A stretch of DNA of 64,000 nucleotides from assembly GCA_038059415.1 (NCBI GenBank), contig JBBTJN010000011.1, positions 7,150-71,149 of the forward strand, in the 5' to 3' direction. The translations under genes were made by a program, and so were the position numbers. Positions 49,556-58,630 of the stretch are shown here, piece after piece (position 1 is the stretch's first letter; the number at the start of each line of letters is the position of its first letter). Under the pieces are notes generated by a model that ran no database searches, was not told the origin of the DNA, and saw nothing but the letters and a program-made list of their open reading frames with translations. The DNA comes from Elusimicrobiota bacterium (GTDB lineage: Bacteria; Elusimicrobiota; Elusimicrobia; UBA1565; UBA9628).

Positions 49556-51079
49556 CTAATGACCGGAACCGGCGTTGCGGTCCTTCGACGCGACGGACTC
49601 GAGCACCTTTTGCGCGACCTCGGGCCCATTGCCGTTAAGCGCCCAGCCGTTGCGCGCGCGCGGATCCATCGCCGTGCCGACGCCGAGCGTCAGCACGCCG
49701 GGCAGCTTCTTCGCCATGTTCAGGTCGGTCTCGTTGCCGATCTTCACCTGCGGGCGGCCGCTGAGACGCTCGCCCAGTCGCGACAGCCAGCCGGCCTTCT
49801 TCGCCTCATGCGGGACGAACATCGCGTCGCCGATGACAAGAGCGTCTTTGGCCTCGATCTGAAGGGCACTCGCGATATACGCCGCCGCATCGGTCTTGGT
49901 GATAATCGAGAACATGATGTAGGGCGGGTTCTCCGGCTTCTTGGCGAAGCGCGCTTTGACCTCGACCTTGATGCCGCGTTTGGACAATTCCTCGGACAGG
50001 ATCGCGGCGGCGCCTCTCACCGAGTCCTCGGAGGAGCCGAGTGCGAGCATCATCGCGTAGCCGTAGTCGCTGTAGGATTCGGGGGGATTCCTGGTGTCGC
50101 CGCCATATTGCGCGGTGCCGACTTCTTGCAGGCGCGTCTTGGTAGCGGTCGCGGCGGCTGTGACGGCAGCGACCTTTTCTTTCGCCAGGGCGGGCGCCTC
50201 GTGTACCTTCTGGGGCACGCCCTGTGCATCGTAACGATACACCTTGCCGCCGCTGTTGGCGGCCACGTACATGCCGGCGCGGTCTGGAACCGGTAGCGAC
50301 GCGAGGGATTCGAACACGGTGAGTTGCGTGGAATTGGGATAGCTGACGTCGCCACGGTCGCTGATCACGGCGATGTGTTTGCCCGCGGCTCGAATTTTGA
50401 CAAACGCATCCACCTTGGGGCTGGGCAGGATCTCATTGTTGCCGGCCAACGTGTCGTCGAAATCCGAGAGCACGAGCGTCTTGTCCGCGGCGGAGGCGAT
50501 GATCTGGGCGGTGAGCGCCGGGCCGGCCTGGGGCAAAGTGAACACCGCGCCCGTGAGAGCGGCGATAACCATCAGCGCGAAGCGATGGGCCTTATAAGCA
50601 AAAACCGACTCGATCGACTTGAAAGGTGCCGGGGCTGCGGCGGGAACCTCGGCGCCCTTCCCAACTTGCGGCGTGGCCGATCGCGCCGAAAGGCCCGGGC
50701 CCCGGTCCGACGCGGCGCCGACGACGACGTTGGACATGCCTCCGGAAGGCCGGGCGGGAATATCCCCGGTCAAGGCAGCTTCGAGATTGCGGCCGGCGAT
50801 TGCCGCGCAGTCGACGGTTTTAGACTCGGTCAGCGCCTGAAGCGCGGGCATGGCGGCCGTGAGAGACGCGTCGATGCGCGTCAGCGCGACGGTTAAAGGA
50901 AACCCCAACGGAGTCGGCGCGTTCGTCATCCCGAGGCGGAGTTGGGGCATCGGGGAAACGGACGCGGCGCGTCCGGAAATGGTCTGCGCCGCGGCCCGCT
51001 GAGCATCGAGTCCGGCGGAGAGGACGACGAGCGCGGCGCAAAGAGCGATCGAGACGATGCGGTTGAGGCGTCGGGCCAT
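49556..51079 (-). CDS. Exported protein with a C-terminal HAD-superfamily phosphatase-like domain
   Basis: Signal-like N-terminus. HAD motif I LSDFDDTL (DxDxT). IAVISDRG resembles motif II. GNETDLNMAK resembles motif IV. Confidence 0.55.
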   Translation of the reverse strand: MARRLNRIVSIALCAALVVLSAGLDAQRAAAQTISGRAASVSPMPQLRLGMTNAPTPLGFPLTVALTRIDASLTAAMPALQALTESKTVDCAAIAGRNLEAALTGDIPARPSGGMSNVVVGAASDRGPGLSARSATPQVGKGAEVPAAAPAPFKSIESVFAYKAHRFALMVIAALTGAVFTLPQAGPALTAQIIASAADKTLVLSDFDDTLAGNNEILPSPKVDAFVKIRAAGKHIAVISDRGDVSYPNSTQLTVFESLASLPVPDRAGMYVAANSGGKVYRYDAQGVPQKVHEAPALAKEKVAAVTAAATATKTRLQEVGTAQYGGDTRNPPESYSDYGYAMMLALGSSEDSVRGAAAILSEELSKRGIKVEVKARFAKKPENPPYIMFSIITKTDAAAYIASALQIEAKDALVIGDAMFVPHEAKKAGWLSRLGERLSGRPQVKIGNETDLNMAKKLPGVLTLGVGTAMDPRARNGWALNGNGPEVAQKVLESVASKDRNAGSGH

Positions 51080-51201
51080 GCGAAGTTTTCTCCCTGCGTC
51101 CGGTCTGCCGTCCGCATTATTGTATCGTGACTAGACCCGCACGCTCTAGGCCGTACGGGAAGAGCGCGAAGGCATAAGGCCCGGACTGGCGAACTCGGAT
51201 T

Positions 51202-51260
51202 ATGGGCCTTTAGGCCTATACTAGCATGGGCCTTTAGGCCCTGACTTGGGCCTAAGGACC
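51202..51260 (+). repeat. Direct repeats ATGGGCCTTTAGGCC (two exact copies plus one degenerate) upstream of the S8 peptidase gene
   Basis: Exact 15-mers at 51202-51216 and 51226-51240. TGGGCCTAAGGACC at 51247-51260. Each contains GGCC-N4-GGCC. Confidence 0.5.
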
Positions 51261-51277
51261 CGGCTAATATCAGGTCC

Positions 51278-52516
51278 ATGAGCCCCCTCCCCCCCTCCTT
51301 CGTGATCCTCGCCGTTCTTCTCTCCTCCTCGGCCCACGCGCAGTTCTGCCCGCTCAACTCCGGCGACACCGTCCGAAAGATCGTGGCCTGCACGCCGGAA
51401 GTGACGACGAACGCCTGTCGCAAGCTCGCGCAAAGCGTGGGCTGCGCGGTCGTGCGCGAATTGCCTTCGATCAACGCAATCGTCGTCGAAATACCCGCCT
51501 TCCGTGCCGACGGCGCCGAGACCACGCTCAGGCGCGCGTTTCAAGTGGATTTTGTCGAAACCGATAAAATTATCAATTGGCTCAAGGCCGCAACCGTGGC
51601 GCCGCCGGCGCCGACCGCGCGTTTCGCCTTCGACGACGTCGCCCGCGACATCCTCAAACGAATGGCCGCCCTGAAGCCCGTCGCCGTCGCGGAGGGAGAA
51701 CAGCCGTGGGGCATCCGCCGCGTGAATGCCGCCGCCTCCTGGACCACGCCGCGCGGCCAGGGTCAGGGTTCGGCCGTCGCGATCATCGACACCGGCATCT
51801 CTCGGACGCATCCCGATTTGATCGGCGTCGTCATCGGCGGCTTCAACGCCCTCGACCCCAATAGGCCCGACGCGTGGGACGACGACGAGGGCCACGGCTC
51901 CCACGTCGCCGGCACGATCGCGGGCAAGCGCGACGGCAAAGGCGTCGTCGGAGTCGCACCTCTGGCCAAACTCTACGCGGTGAAGGTGCTCGACGCGAAC
52001 GGCAACGGCGGCTTCTCGAGCGTCATCGCCGGCATCGAGTGGGCCGCCAAACACGGCATCAAGGTCGCCAACATGAGCCTCGGCGCCGATGAGGGCAGCG
52101 AGGCGCTCAAACGCGCCGTCACGGCCGCGAACAAGGCCGGGCTCCTCATCGTCGCCGCGGCCGGGAACTCGGGCGGCTCCGTTGACTTCCCCGCCAACTA
52201 CCCGGAGACCATCGCCGTCGCCGCCTCCGACATCAAGAACAACGTCCCTGATTTCTCAAGCCGCGGGCCCGAGGTGGATTTTATCGCGCCCGGCGTGGAC
52301 GTGAAATCGGTCAAAATGGACGGCGGGTGGGTCGAGATGTCCGGAACCTCGATGGCGACCCCGCATGTGGCGGGCCTGGCCGCCCTCGCGGTCGCGCGCG
52401 GCGCGTCGACTCCTGCCGCGGTGCGCGCCGCGCTCAAGAAAGCGGCAACGCCACTTGCGGGCCTCGCGACGACCTTGCAGGGCATGGGCATGATCGACGC
52501 GGGCAATCTGCCTTAG
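51278..52516 (+). CDS. S8 family (subtilisin-like) serine peptidase, exported
   Basis: Asp/His/Ser triad motifs AIIDTGI, HGSHVAGTIAG and SGTSMATPHVAG, plus a signal-like N-terminus. Confidence 0.9.
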   Translation: MSPLPPSFVILAVLLSSSAHAQFCPLNSGDTVRKIVACTPEVTTNACRKLAQSVGCAVVRELPSINAIVVEIPAFRADGAETTLRRAFQVDFVETDKIINWLKAATVAPPAPTARFAFDDVARDILKRMAALKPVAVAEGEQPWGIRRVNAAASWTTPRGQGQGSAVAIIDTGISRTHPDLIGVVIGGFNALDPNRPDAWDDDEGHGSHVAGTIAGKRDGKGVVGVAPLAKLYAVKVLDANGNGGFSSVIAGIEWAAKHGIKVANMSLGADEGSEALKRAVTAANKAGLLIVAAAGNSGGSVDFPANYPETIAVAASDIKNNVPDFSSRGPEVDFIAPGVDVKSVKMDGGWVEMSGTSMATPHVAGLAALAVARGASTPAAVRAALKKAATPLAGLATTLQGMGMIDAGNLP

Positions 52517-52567
52517 AGAAACCCGCTGTGATGGCCTCCATTTCCTTAATATACTAGAATTCCAGGC

Positions 52568-53062
52568 ATGAACCGACGAGGATCGAAGACCGCCGCGTTC
52601 GCCGTTATCGTCGGGGTCGCCTTCGGCGGCCTGTTCGCCGTTCGTCACCTGAACAAGACGCGCGCCCGTCACGAGAGTGAGTGCCGCGCCCTGACCAAGG
52701 CCCTCGATAAGACCGTCCGCGCGCGCTCCCCCCGCTTCTTGGAGAGCATCGTCGAGCACCGCTATGATCGAACAGAAGGCCGCTGCCTCGCCGCGCTCGA
52801 GTACCATTACAAGCCTTGCGACGCCAAACTGCTCAAGAGGACTCCGTTGCTCTGCACCGGCCCCGACGCCGACGTCGCGATATACTCCTTCCACAACGCC
52901 GGCGCCAACCCGCTGTTCATCTGCGAGCGGTTCTACGCGACGGGCAAGGCCCGGTGCACCGAGTCGATGTACGGCGCCGACGGCAGACTCCTGTCCACCC
53001 GGGAATTCCCCCCCGATCGGTTCCCCGCCATTAAATCCGAACTCATCAACCCCAAGCCTTAA
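52568..53062 (+). CDS. Hypothetical N-terminally anchored Cys-rich protein
   Basis: 164-aa ORF with one TM helix (AAFAVIVGVAFGGLFAV) and six Cys in the soluble part. No recognisable family. Confidence 0.45.
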   Translation: MNRRGSKTAAFAVIVGVAFGGLFAVRHLNKTRARHESECRALTKALDKTVRARSPRFLESIVEHRYDRTEGRCLAALEYHYKPCDAKLLKRTPLLCTGPDADVAIYSFHNAGANPLFICERFYATGKARCTESMYGADGRLLSTREFPPDRFPAIKSELINPKP

Positions 53063-53121
53063 CGTTTAAACCCCGGCACCGCCGAATTGATGATGGTCAA
53101 TGACACATTCTCATATCGGCA

Positions 53122-53130
53122 TGGTAGAAT
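53122..53130 (+). promoter_or_regulatory. Extended -10 element (TGgTAGAAT) 6 nt upstream of the enoyl reductase ATG
   Basis: The sequence is CATGGTAGAATAAAGGGATG. The hexamer TAGAAT lies at 53125-53130 and the ATG at 53137. There is no correctly spaced SD. Confidence 0.3.
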
Positions 53131-53136
53131 AAAGGG

Positions 53137-54102
53137 ATGGATCAGAAAAATACGCTGGATTTTCACGGTTCCGGCCTTTGGGCGGTCATCCTCGGCGGCT
53201 CGTCGGGATTCGGTCTAGCGACGGCAAAAAGGCTGGCACGCGCCGGTTTCAACATCCTCATCGGGCACAAGGACAAGGAAGGCACAGTCGAGACGGTGAT
53301 CAAGCCCCATTTCGACGAAATTCGAGCTTCGGGCGTCAACCTCATAACCCACAACATCAATTTGTTCGATGAGGACGCAAGAGGCGAACTCTTCGAAAGC
53401 ATCCAGACCAACTGCGGGCCCGGCAAGGTTCATCTATTCATGCAGTCCATCGCAGCCGGTTCCTGCCGTCTGATGATCGACGACAAGACTCCCGATTTCC
53501 GCGGCAAGGCGATCAAGGGCCTGGCCGAGGCGCTGGGTCTGCCTCCCGAGAAGGTCAAGGCAGCCGTCAACGCCGCGTTCCACGACAAGGGCTGCGACGC
53601 ATTGCACACGCTTGCCGATTCGCGAATTCCGTACCGCGAGGAGCTGCTGACCCAGGAAGATTTCGAGAAAACCATCTTCATGATGGGCTACGATTATTTG
53701 CTGTGGGGCCGCGAGCTGTGCAAGGAAGGCCTCCTCACCAAGGACGCCCGTTTGGTGGCCATGACGTCCGAAGGCAACGAGGTCGCGTGGAAGGGCTATG
53801 CCGCCGTTTCTGCCGCGAAGACCGCGCTGGAAGCCTCATGCCGCGCGATGGCCGTCGAGCTCGCGCCTTACGGCGTGTCCTCGTACATCATGCAGGCCGG
53901 CATCACCGACACGCCCGCCGGCAACGCGATCCCGAACTTCGACCTGATGAAGGCCCAGGCCCGCATCCGCAACCCGTTCCATCGGCTGACGACGCCCGAG
54001 GATATCGCCGAGGCCATCCTCGGCATCTGCGGACCCGCCTTGCGGTGGGTCAACGGTTCCATAATCCGCGCCGACGGCGGGGAAGCGATATCAGGCCTGT
54101 GA
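53137..54102 (+). CDS. Enoyl-[acyl-carrier-protein] reductase-like SDR (FabI/FabL-type Y-x6-K)
   Basis: Rossmann motif VILGGSSGFGLATAKRLA and WKGYAAVSAAKTALEA (Tyr-x6-Lys, as in FabI). An insertion is present around residues 100-170. Confidence 0.65.
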   Translation: MDQKNTLDFHGSGLWAVILGGSSGFGLATAKRLARAGFNILIGHKDKEGTVETVIKPHFDEIRASGVNLITHNINLFDEDARGELFESIQTNCGPGKVHLFMQSIAAGSCRLMIDDKTPDFRGKAIKGLAEALGLPPEKVKAAVNAAFHDKGCDALHTLADSRIPYREELLTQEDFEKTIFMMGYDYLLWGRELCKEGLLTKDARLVAMTSEGNEVAWKGYAAVSAAKTALEASCRAMAVELAPYGVSSYIMQAGITDTPAGNAIPNFDLMKAQARIRNPFHRLTTPEDIAEAILGICGPALRWVNGSIIRADGGEAISGL

Positions 54103-54151
54103 CCGAGCATAGCGGGAGAATGGTCGCTTCGAAAGCCGCAGGAAAGCGACC

Positions 54152-55162
54152 ATGAGCAACCCCTTCAACATCTTGGGAATGGGCTGGGCCCTTCCGAAAA
54201 ACGAAATCGACAACGACTTCCTGCACAAGGAAGTGGGCCTGAAGAAGACACCCGAATGGTGCCTCTCGCGCCTCGGCATCCTGAAGCGCTACTCGGTTCT
54301 ATCAAGGAAATACATCGCCAAGACGCACAACAAGGACCCTCTGCAGGCGATCATCCACGCCCGCGCCAACGGCGAGACGCCGGTATCCTTGGCGGTGCGC
54401 GCGGCGCAACGGGCGATGGCCCATTGCGGCGTAAAGCCCGCGAGGATCGGCATGGTCGTCTGCAACTGCGACCTGCCCTTCGATCTCGTGCCCGGCACCG
54501 CGAACTACATCGCCAAGGCGCTCGGCATCGGCTCCGGGCCGCACATGGACCTCAACACCGCGTGCTCCTCGTTTGCTCGTCATATGCTGTACCTGGGAGA
54601 TCTGAGCGACCGCGCGTTCCCCGAGTTCGTACTGACCGTGCAGACCGCCTGCTACACGACGCGCACCGACTACTCCCCCGAAAACTTCGACGGCTACATC
54701 TGGGGCGACGGCGCGTCAGCCCAGATATGCTCGCTTAAGCATAAGGGCCGCATCAAGGTGGAGCCTCTGGTGTTCGCGACCGACCCCCAGGGCTGCGACG
54801 ACGTGAAGGTGGACGCCACGAGGCACTTCTGGCAGGACGGCGCGAAGATCCGCGAGTTCTCGATAAGACGGACCGTCGAAATGTTCGAGCAGATCGCCGC
54901 GGCGAAGAAACTCTTCGCGGAGGATGTCTACACCGTCACTCACCAAGCGAATTTCGTGATGCAGGAAAGCATCCTCGGTCATCTGAATCTGCCGAAGGAA
55001 CGCCATATCAGCAATGTGCAAGTCCAAGGCAACATCGCCTCGGCCGGCATGCCCTCGGCCATCGCCCAGCATTTGGATAAATTGAAGAAGGGCGACCAAA
55101 TCGTGTACGCCGTCCTCGGCGCAGGTCTCGCGTGGGGCGGCGGCCATATGGAGGTGCAGTAA
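54152..55162 (+). CDS. 3-oxoacyl-ACP synthase III (KAS III / FabH-like)
   Basis: Cys/His/Asn triad contexts NTACSSFARH, VTHQANFVM and QGNIASAGMP. Confidence 0.85.
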   Translation: MSNPFNILGMGWALPKNEIDNDFLHKEVGLKKTPEWCLSRLGILKRYSVLSRKYIAKTHNKDPLQAIIHARANGETPVSLAVRAAQRAMAHCGVKPARIGMVVCNCDLPFDLVPGTANYIAKALGIGSGPHMDLNTACSSFARHMLYLGDLSDRAFPEFVLTVQTACYTTRTDYSPENFDGYIWGDGASAQICSLKHKGRIKVEPLVFATDPQGCDDVKVDATRHFWQDGAKIREFSIRRTVEMFEQIAAAKKLFAEDVYTVTHQANFVMQESILGHLNLPKERHISNVQVQGNIASAGMPSAIAQHLDKLKKGDQIVYAVLGAGLAWGGGHMEVQ

Positions 55163-55887
55163 TGCCCGATATCGCGGTCGTGACCGGCGCCTCGGGCGGC
55201 ATCGGCGCCGCGACGGCGATAATGATCCACGCAAGATCCGAAGGATGCCTCCAGGTCTGCCTACACTGCAATGGGAACAAGGCCGCGGCTCAGGCGCTTT
55301 CCAAGGATATCCCGAATTCGTTTGTCGTGCAGGCCGATCTGTCCGCGGCCGAAGGTCGTAAAGCTCTCTTGGACGCCGTGCTTTCCGCGGGAACCCCTTA
55401 TTGTTTGGTCAACAACGCCGGCATCGACCGTCCCCACGAGCCCGCATTGATGGTGACAGAAGAGGCGTACGACAAGATTATGGACACAAATCTGAGGGCG
55501 CCATTATTTCTTATGCGCGACTTCGCCAAAGAGATGGCGCGCAACGAGGCGGGCGTGATCGTCAACGTCTCGTCAGTGTTGGCGCGCAAAGCCGTCGTCG
55601 GCTCGGCCATCTATCGCGCCTCCAAGGCTGCGGTCGAGGCATTAACCCGGCAGTTCGCCTCGGAATTGGGTCCGAAAGGAGTGCGCGTCGTCGCGATCGC
55701 CCCCGGCTTCATCGAGACGAGCATGACCGCCGCCATCCCCGAGGATCAGCGCGCCGGCATCAAAAAAGACGTCGCTCTCGGCGCGTTCGGCGCGCCCGAA
55801 GCCATCGCCGAGACCGTCTGGCACGCGATCGAGAACCAATATCTGACGGGCGCCGTCATCGCGGTGGATGGAGGCATGGCGTTGTGA
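55162..55887 (+). CDS. 3-oxoacyl-ACP reductase (FabG-like SDR)
   Basis: The ATG at 55162 shares a nt with the upstream TAA (TAATG). Contains VVTGASGGIGAATA, NNAG and SAIYRASKAAVEAL (YxxxK). Confidence 0.85.
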   Translation: MPDIAVVTGASGGIGAATAIMIHARSEGCLQVCLHCNGNKAAAQALSKDIPNSFVVQADLSAAEGRKALLDAVLSAGTPYCLVNNAGIDRPHEPALMVTEEAYDKIMDTNLRAPLFLMRDFAKEMARNEAGVIVNVSSVLARKAVVGSAIYRASKAAVEALTRQFASELGPKGVRVVAIAPGFIETSMTAAIPEDQRAGIKKDVALGAFGAPEAIAETVWHAIENQYLTGAVIAVDGGMAL

Positions 55888-56375
55888 GCGATCTCACCGC
55901 CGCCGAGGTGCTCAAGCTGGTACCCCAACGTCCGCCGATGCGCTTCATCGATCAGATTGTCGAGATCGACAAGGAGCACGTGCTCACCAAGTACACCTGG
56001 AAGGACGCGGACTGCGCGGGGCATTTCCCGGGCAACCCCGTCGTGCCCGGCGTGAAGATGGTGGAGATGGCGGTCCAGACATCGGTCGTCGCCTGGGCGA
56101 TCTATCTCATGAGCGCCAGGGCCCGCGAAGAGCGCTTGTCGAGCATGGTCAACCTCTTCACCCACCTCGACCGGGGCTCCTTCAAGAAGATGGTGCGCCC
56201 CGGCGACACTCTCGCCTGCCGCGCGGCGTTCGGCAAGGACGGATTTTTCCGCGACGGGAAGCTCGTGGCCGAGGCCGAGATCAATTTCCTCGGCGGACCC
56301 AAAGACGGCGAGGCCGCGTTTACCGGCGTCGTGTCCGGACTCTGGATGTCGAAGGACTCGGAGAAACTGAAATGA
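55884..56375 (+). CDS. 3-hydroxyacyl-ACP dehydratase (FabZ/FabA-like hotdog fold)
   Basis: The GTG at 55884 overlaps the FabG-like stop (GTGA). LVPQRPPMRFIDQIVE...HFPGNPVVPGVKMVE is the FabZ-type active-site motif. Confidence 0.8.
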   Translation: MSDLTAAEVLKLVPQRPPMRFIDQIVEIDKEHVLTKYTWKDADCAGHFPGNPVVPGVKMVEMAVQTSVVAWAIYLMSARAREERLSSMVNLFTHLDRGSFKKMVRPGDTLACRAAFGKDGFFRDGKLVAEAEINFLGGPKDGEAAFTGVVSGLWMSKDSEKLK

Positions 56376-57691
56376 GCACCCGCTACCCGAAGCGCGTCGT
56401 CATCACCGGCATCGGCGCCGTGGCCCCGAACGGCCTCGGCATCGCAAACTACCACGCCGCCTTGCTGGCCGGCAGGTCCGGCATCTCCCACCATGAAGAT
56501 CTCGCGACGCTCAACTTCGCCTGCCAGATCGGCGGCAAGCCCCCCGTCGGCCCGGATGAAGCCGAGGCCCTGCTCTCCGGTCCCGACCTAGCCAAGCTCA
56601 ACGAGGCGATGGTGTACGCGACGATGGCCGCCGTCGAGTGCGCGCGGATGTCCGGCGTAAACGTCGACTTAAAGAAGGGCTATAGCGACACTCCCGTGGA
56701 TTGGACGACGGGCGCGATCATCGGCTGCGGCATCGGCGGTATGGACACGATGTGCGAGGACATGGGGCCGGTGCTCGCGGCGGCGAGCGCGCAGGAACCG
56801 GGCATGGGCGTGCGCCCCATGGGAACGGATATCGTCCCCAAGATCATGGAGAGCTCGGTGTCGGTCGCCGTCGGAAAATTCCTGGGCTTGGGCGGGCAAA
56901 CGACGACGAACTCGTCGGCCTGCAACACGGGAACGGAAGCTATTTTCGAGGCCTTCAAACATATTCAGCTCGGCTTCTGCGATTCGATGTATGCCGGCGG
57001 AGCCGAAGGCACCCACCCCGGCACCTGGTCGGGCTTCGACGCGATGCGTGACGTGCTCTGCTCCAGGTTCAACGACCGCCCTGAGAAGGGCTCCCAACCG
57101 ATGGGCGCGGGCGCCTGCGGTTTCGTCCCGTCCGGCGGCGCGGGCGTATTGCGCCTGGAAACGTTGGAGTCGGCGCGCAAACGCGGCGCCAAGATTTTGT
57201 GCGAAGTCGTCGCGACCTACGTTAACTCCGGCGGCCAACGCGACGGCGGCACGATGACCTTCCCCAACCCGGACGGGGTCATGCGCTGCATAAGACAAGT
57301 CATCAAGGATGGAGATTTGGATCCCCGCCGGATTTCTTTAATCAACGGCCATTTGACGTCGACGGGCGCGGATCCGAAGGAAGTGGGCAGCTGGATCAAG
57401 GCTCTGGAACTGCCGCTGGAGAAGTTTCCTCTCATCCAGTCCACGAAATCCATGATCGGGCATGCGCTCGGCGCGGCGGGCGCTTTAGAATGCGTCGCCG
57501 TCGTCGACCAGATCGTCAACAGTTACGTGCATCCCTCGATCAACAGCGAGGACGTTCACCCCCAGATTCCCATCGGCGACAGCATCCCGCATCAGATGGT
57601 GAGAAAAGAGCTCGAGTACGTCATCAAAGCCAGTTTCGGCTTTGGCGACGTAAACGGATGCGTCCTCTTCAAACGCTGGGACGGAAAATAA
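56372..57691 (+). CDS. 3-oxoacyl-ACP synthase I/II type (Cys-His-His)
   Basis: ATG at 56372 (ATGA overlap). Contains RVVITGIGAVAPNG, NSSACNTGTEAI, NGHLTSTGADPKE and STKSMIGHALGAAGALE. Confidence 0.85.
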   Translation: MSTRYPKRVVITGIGAVAPNGLGIANYHAALLAGRSGISHHEDLATLNFACQIGGKPPVGPDEAEALLSGPDLAKLNEAMVYATMAAVECARMSGVNVDLKKGYSDTPVDWTTGAIIGCGIGGMDTMCEDMGPVLAAASAQEPGMGVRPMGTDIVPKIMESSVSVAVGKFLGLGGQTTTNSSACNTGTEAIFEAFKHIQLGFCDSMYAGGAEGTHPGTWSGFDAMRDVLCSRFNDRPEKGSQPMGAGACGFVPSGGAGVLRLETLESARKRGAKILCEVVATYVNSGGQRDGGTMTFPNPDGVMRCIRQVIKDGDLDPRRISLINGHLTSTGADPKEVGSWIKALELPLEKFPLIQSTKSMIGHALGAAGALECVAVVDQIVNSYVHPSINSEDVHPQIPIGDSIPHQMVRKELEYVIKASFGFGDVNGCVLFKRWDGK

Positions 57692-57725
57692 TAGAATCGC
57701 AGTTATCCTCGGAGGAACGAAGAAA

Positions 57726-58628
57726 ATGGCATTCATGCGAAAACAGTCGGTTGTCGAGGCGGTCGACGTGAGTACTCTCACCGCGGAAGAGGCCGAGAAG
57801 CGCATCACGGCGGGCGTCAAGAAATACGCCACCAACGAGGCCAACTACGCCGTGGCCGACGCGAATACACCCTACCTCGGGCACATCGTGGGCATGGGCA
57901 TCGAGTCCTCGAACCTCGCCGACATCACGATGTCCATTGAGCGCCAGTTCCTCACCAAGATGACCACAAAGGTTCCCCTGTCCGAAGGCTCCTCCGAATA
58001 CAAGTTCAAGGCGGGAGAACTCGGCAAGCTTCGCATCCTGGACGGCCAGGACGCTTTAGCCGCCACGCCGGGACTGTCGGTCAAGATGCTCATGGACCTC
58101 GGCCATCTACCGAGGAACGACGCCTATCTCGAGAAGGTCATGTCGTTTGCCTACGTGATGGCGACGGGCGACGGCTGGAAGATGGCCGACGCGCTCAAGA
58201 AGATGGCGGGCAAGGCCGATAAGTTGGCCGGTGCCGAACGAGGAGAAGCCATCGTCAACATGAAGACCCTCGTAGCACAGGCCAAGGACTACGATCTCCT
58301 TCTCGCCGACGCGGCCAAGCTCGCGGCCTCCAAGGCGAAGGCCTACGCCAACGACAAGGGCGGTTTCGACGCGCTGACCAGCGAGTTGAACCTGACCCTC
58401 GACAAGATCAAGGGCGTTTCCTCCGACGGCGATGCCGCGGCGCTCGCCAAGCTGCGCGGCGAGGAAGCCGAAATTCGCACGCGTCTCAAGATGAGCGCGG
58501 CCAAGCTTCGCGTCTCGCAGGAAGTCTCCGAGGCCGCCGGCAAGCGCCGCTCAATCGAGGGCAAGAAGGTCGACGAGGTTCGCGCCGCCCTTCAGGAAGC
58601 CGTTACGCTCGCCGAGAAGCTCTCCTAA
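57726..58628 (+). CDS. Hypothetical 300-aa protein: ACP-like N-terminal segment plus a long Ala/Lys-rich helical tail
   Basis: Residues 54-75, IVGMGIESSNLADITMSIERQF, align position-for-position with the ACP helix II region [20 protein letters not shown]. Ser61 falls at the phosphopantetheine site. Residues ~150-300 are A/K/E/L-rich and predicted helical. Confidence 0.5.
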   Translation: MAFMRKQSVVEAVDVSTLTAEEAEKRITAGVKKYATNEANYAVADANTPYLGHIVGMGIESSNLADITMSIERQFLTKMTTKVPLSEGSSEYKFKAGELGKLRILDGQDALAATPGLSVKMLMDLGHLPRNDAYLEKVMSFAYVMATGDGWKMADALKKMAGKADKLAGAERGEAIVNMKTLVAQAKDYDLLLADAAKLAASKAKAYANDKGGFDALTSELNLTLDKIKGVSSDGDAAALAKLRGEEAEIRTRLKMSAAKLRVSQEVSEAAGKRRSIEGKKVDEVRAALQEAVTLAEKLS

Positions 58629-58630
58629 CG

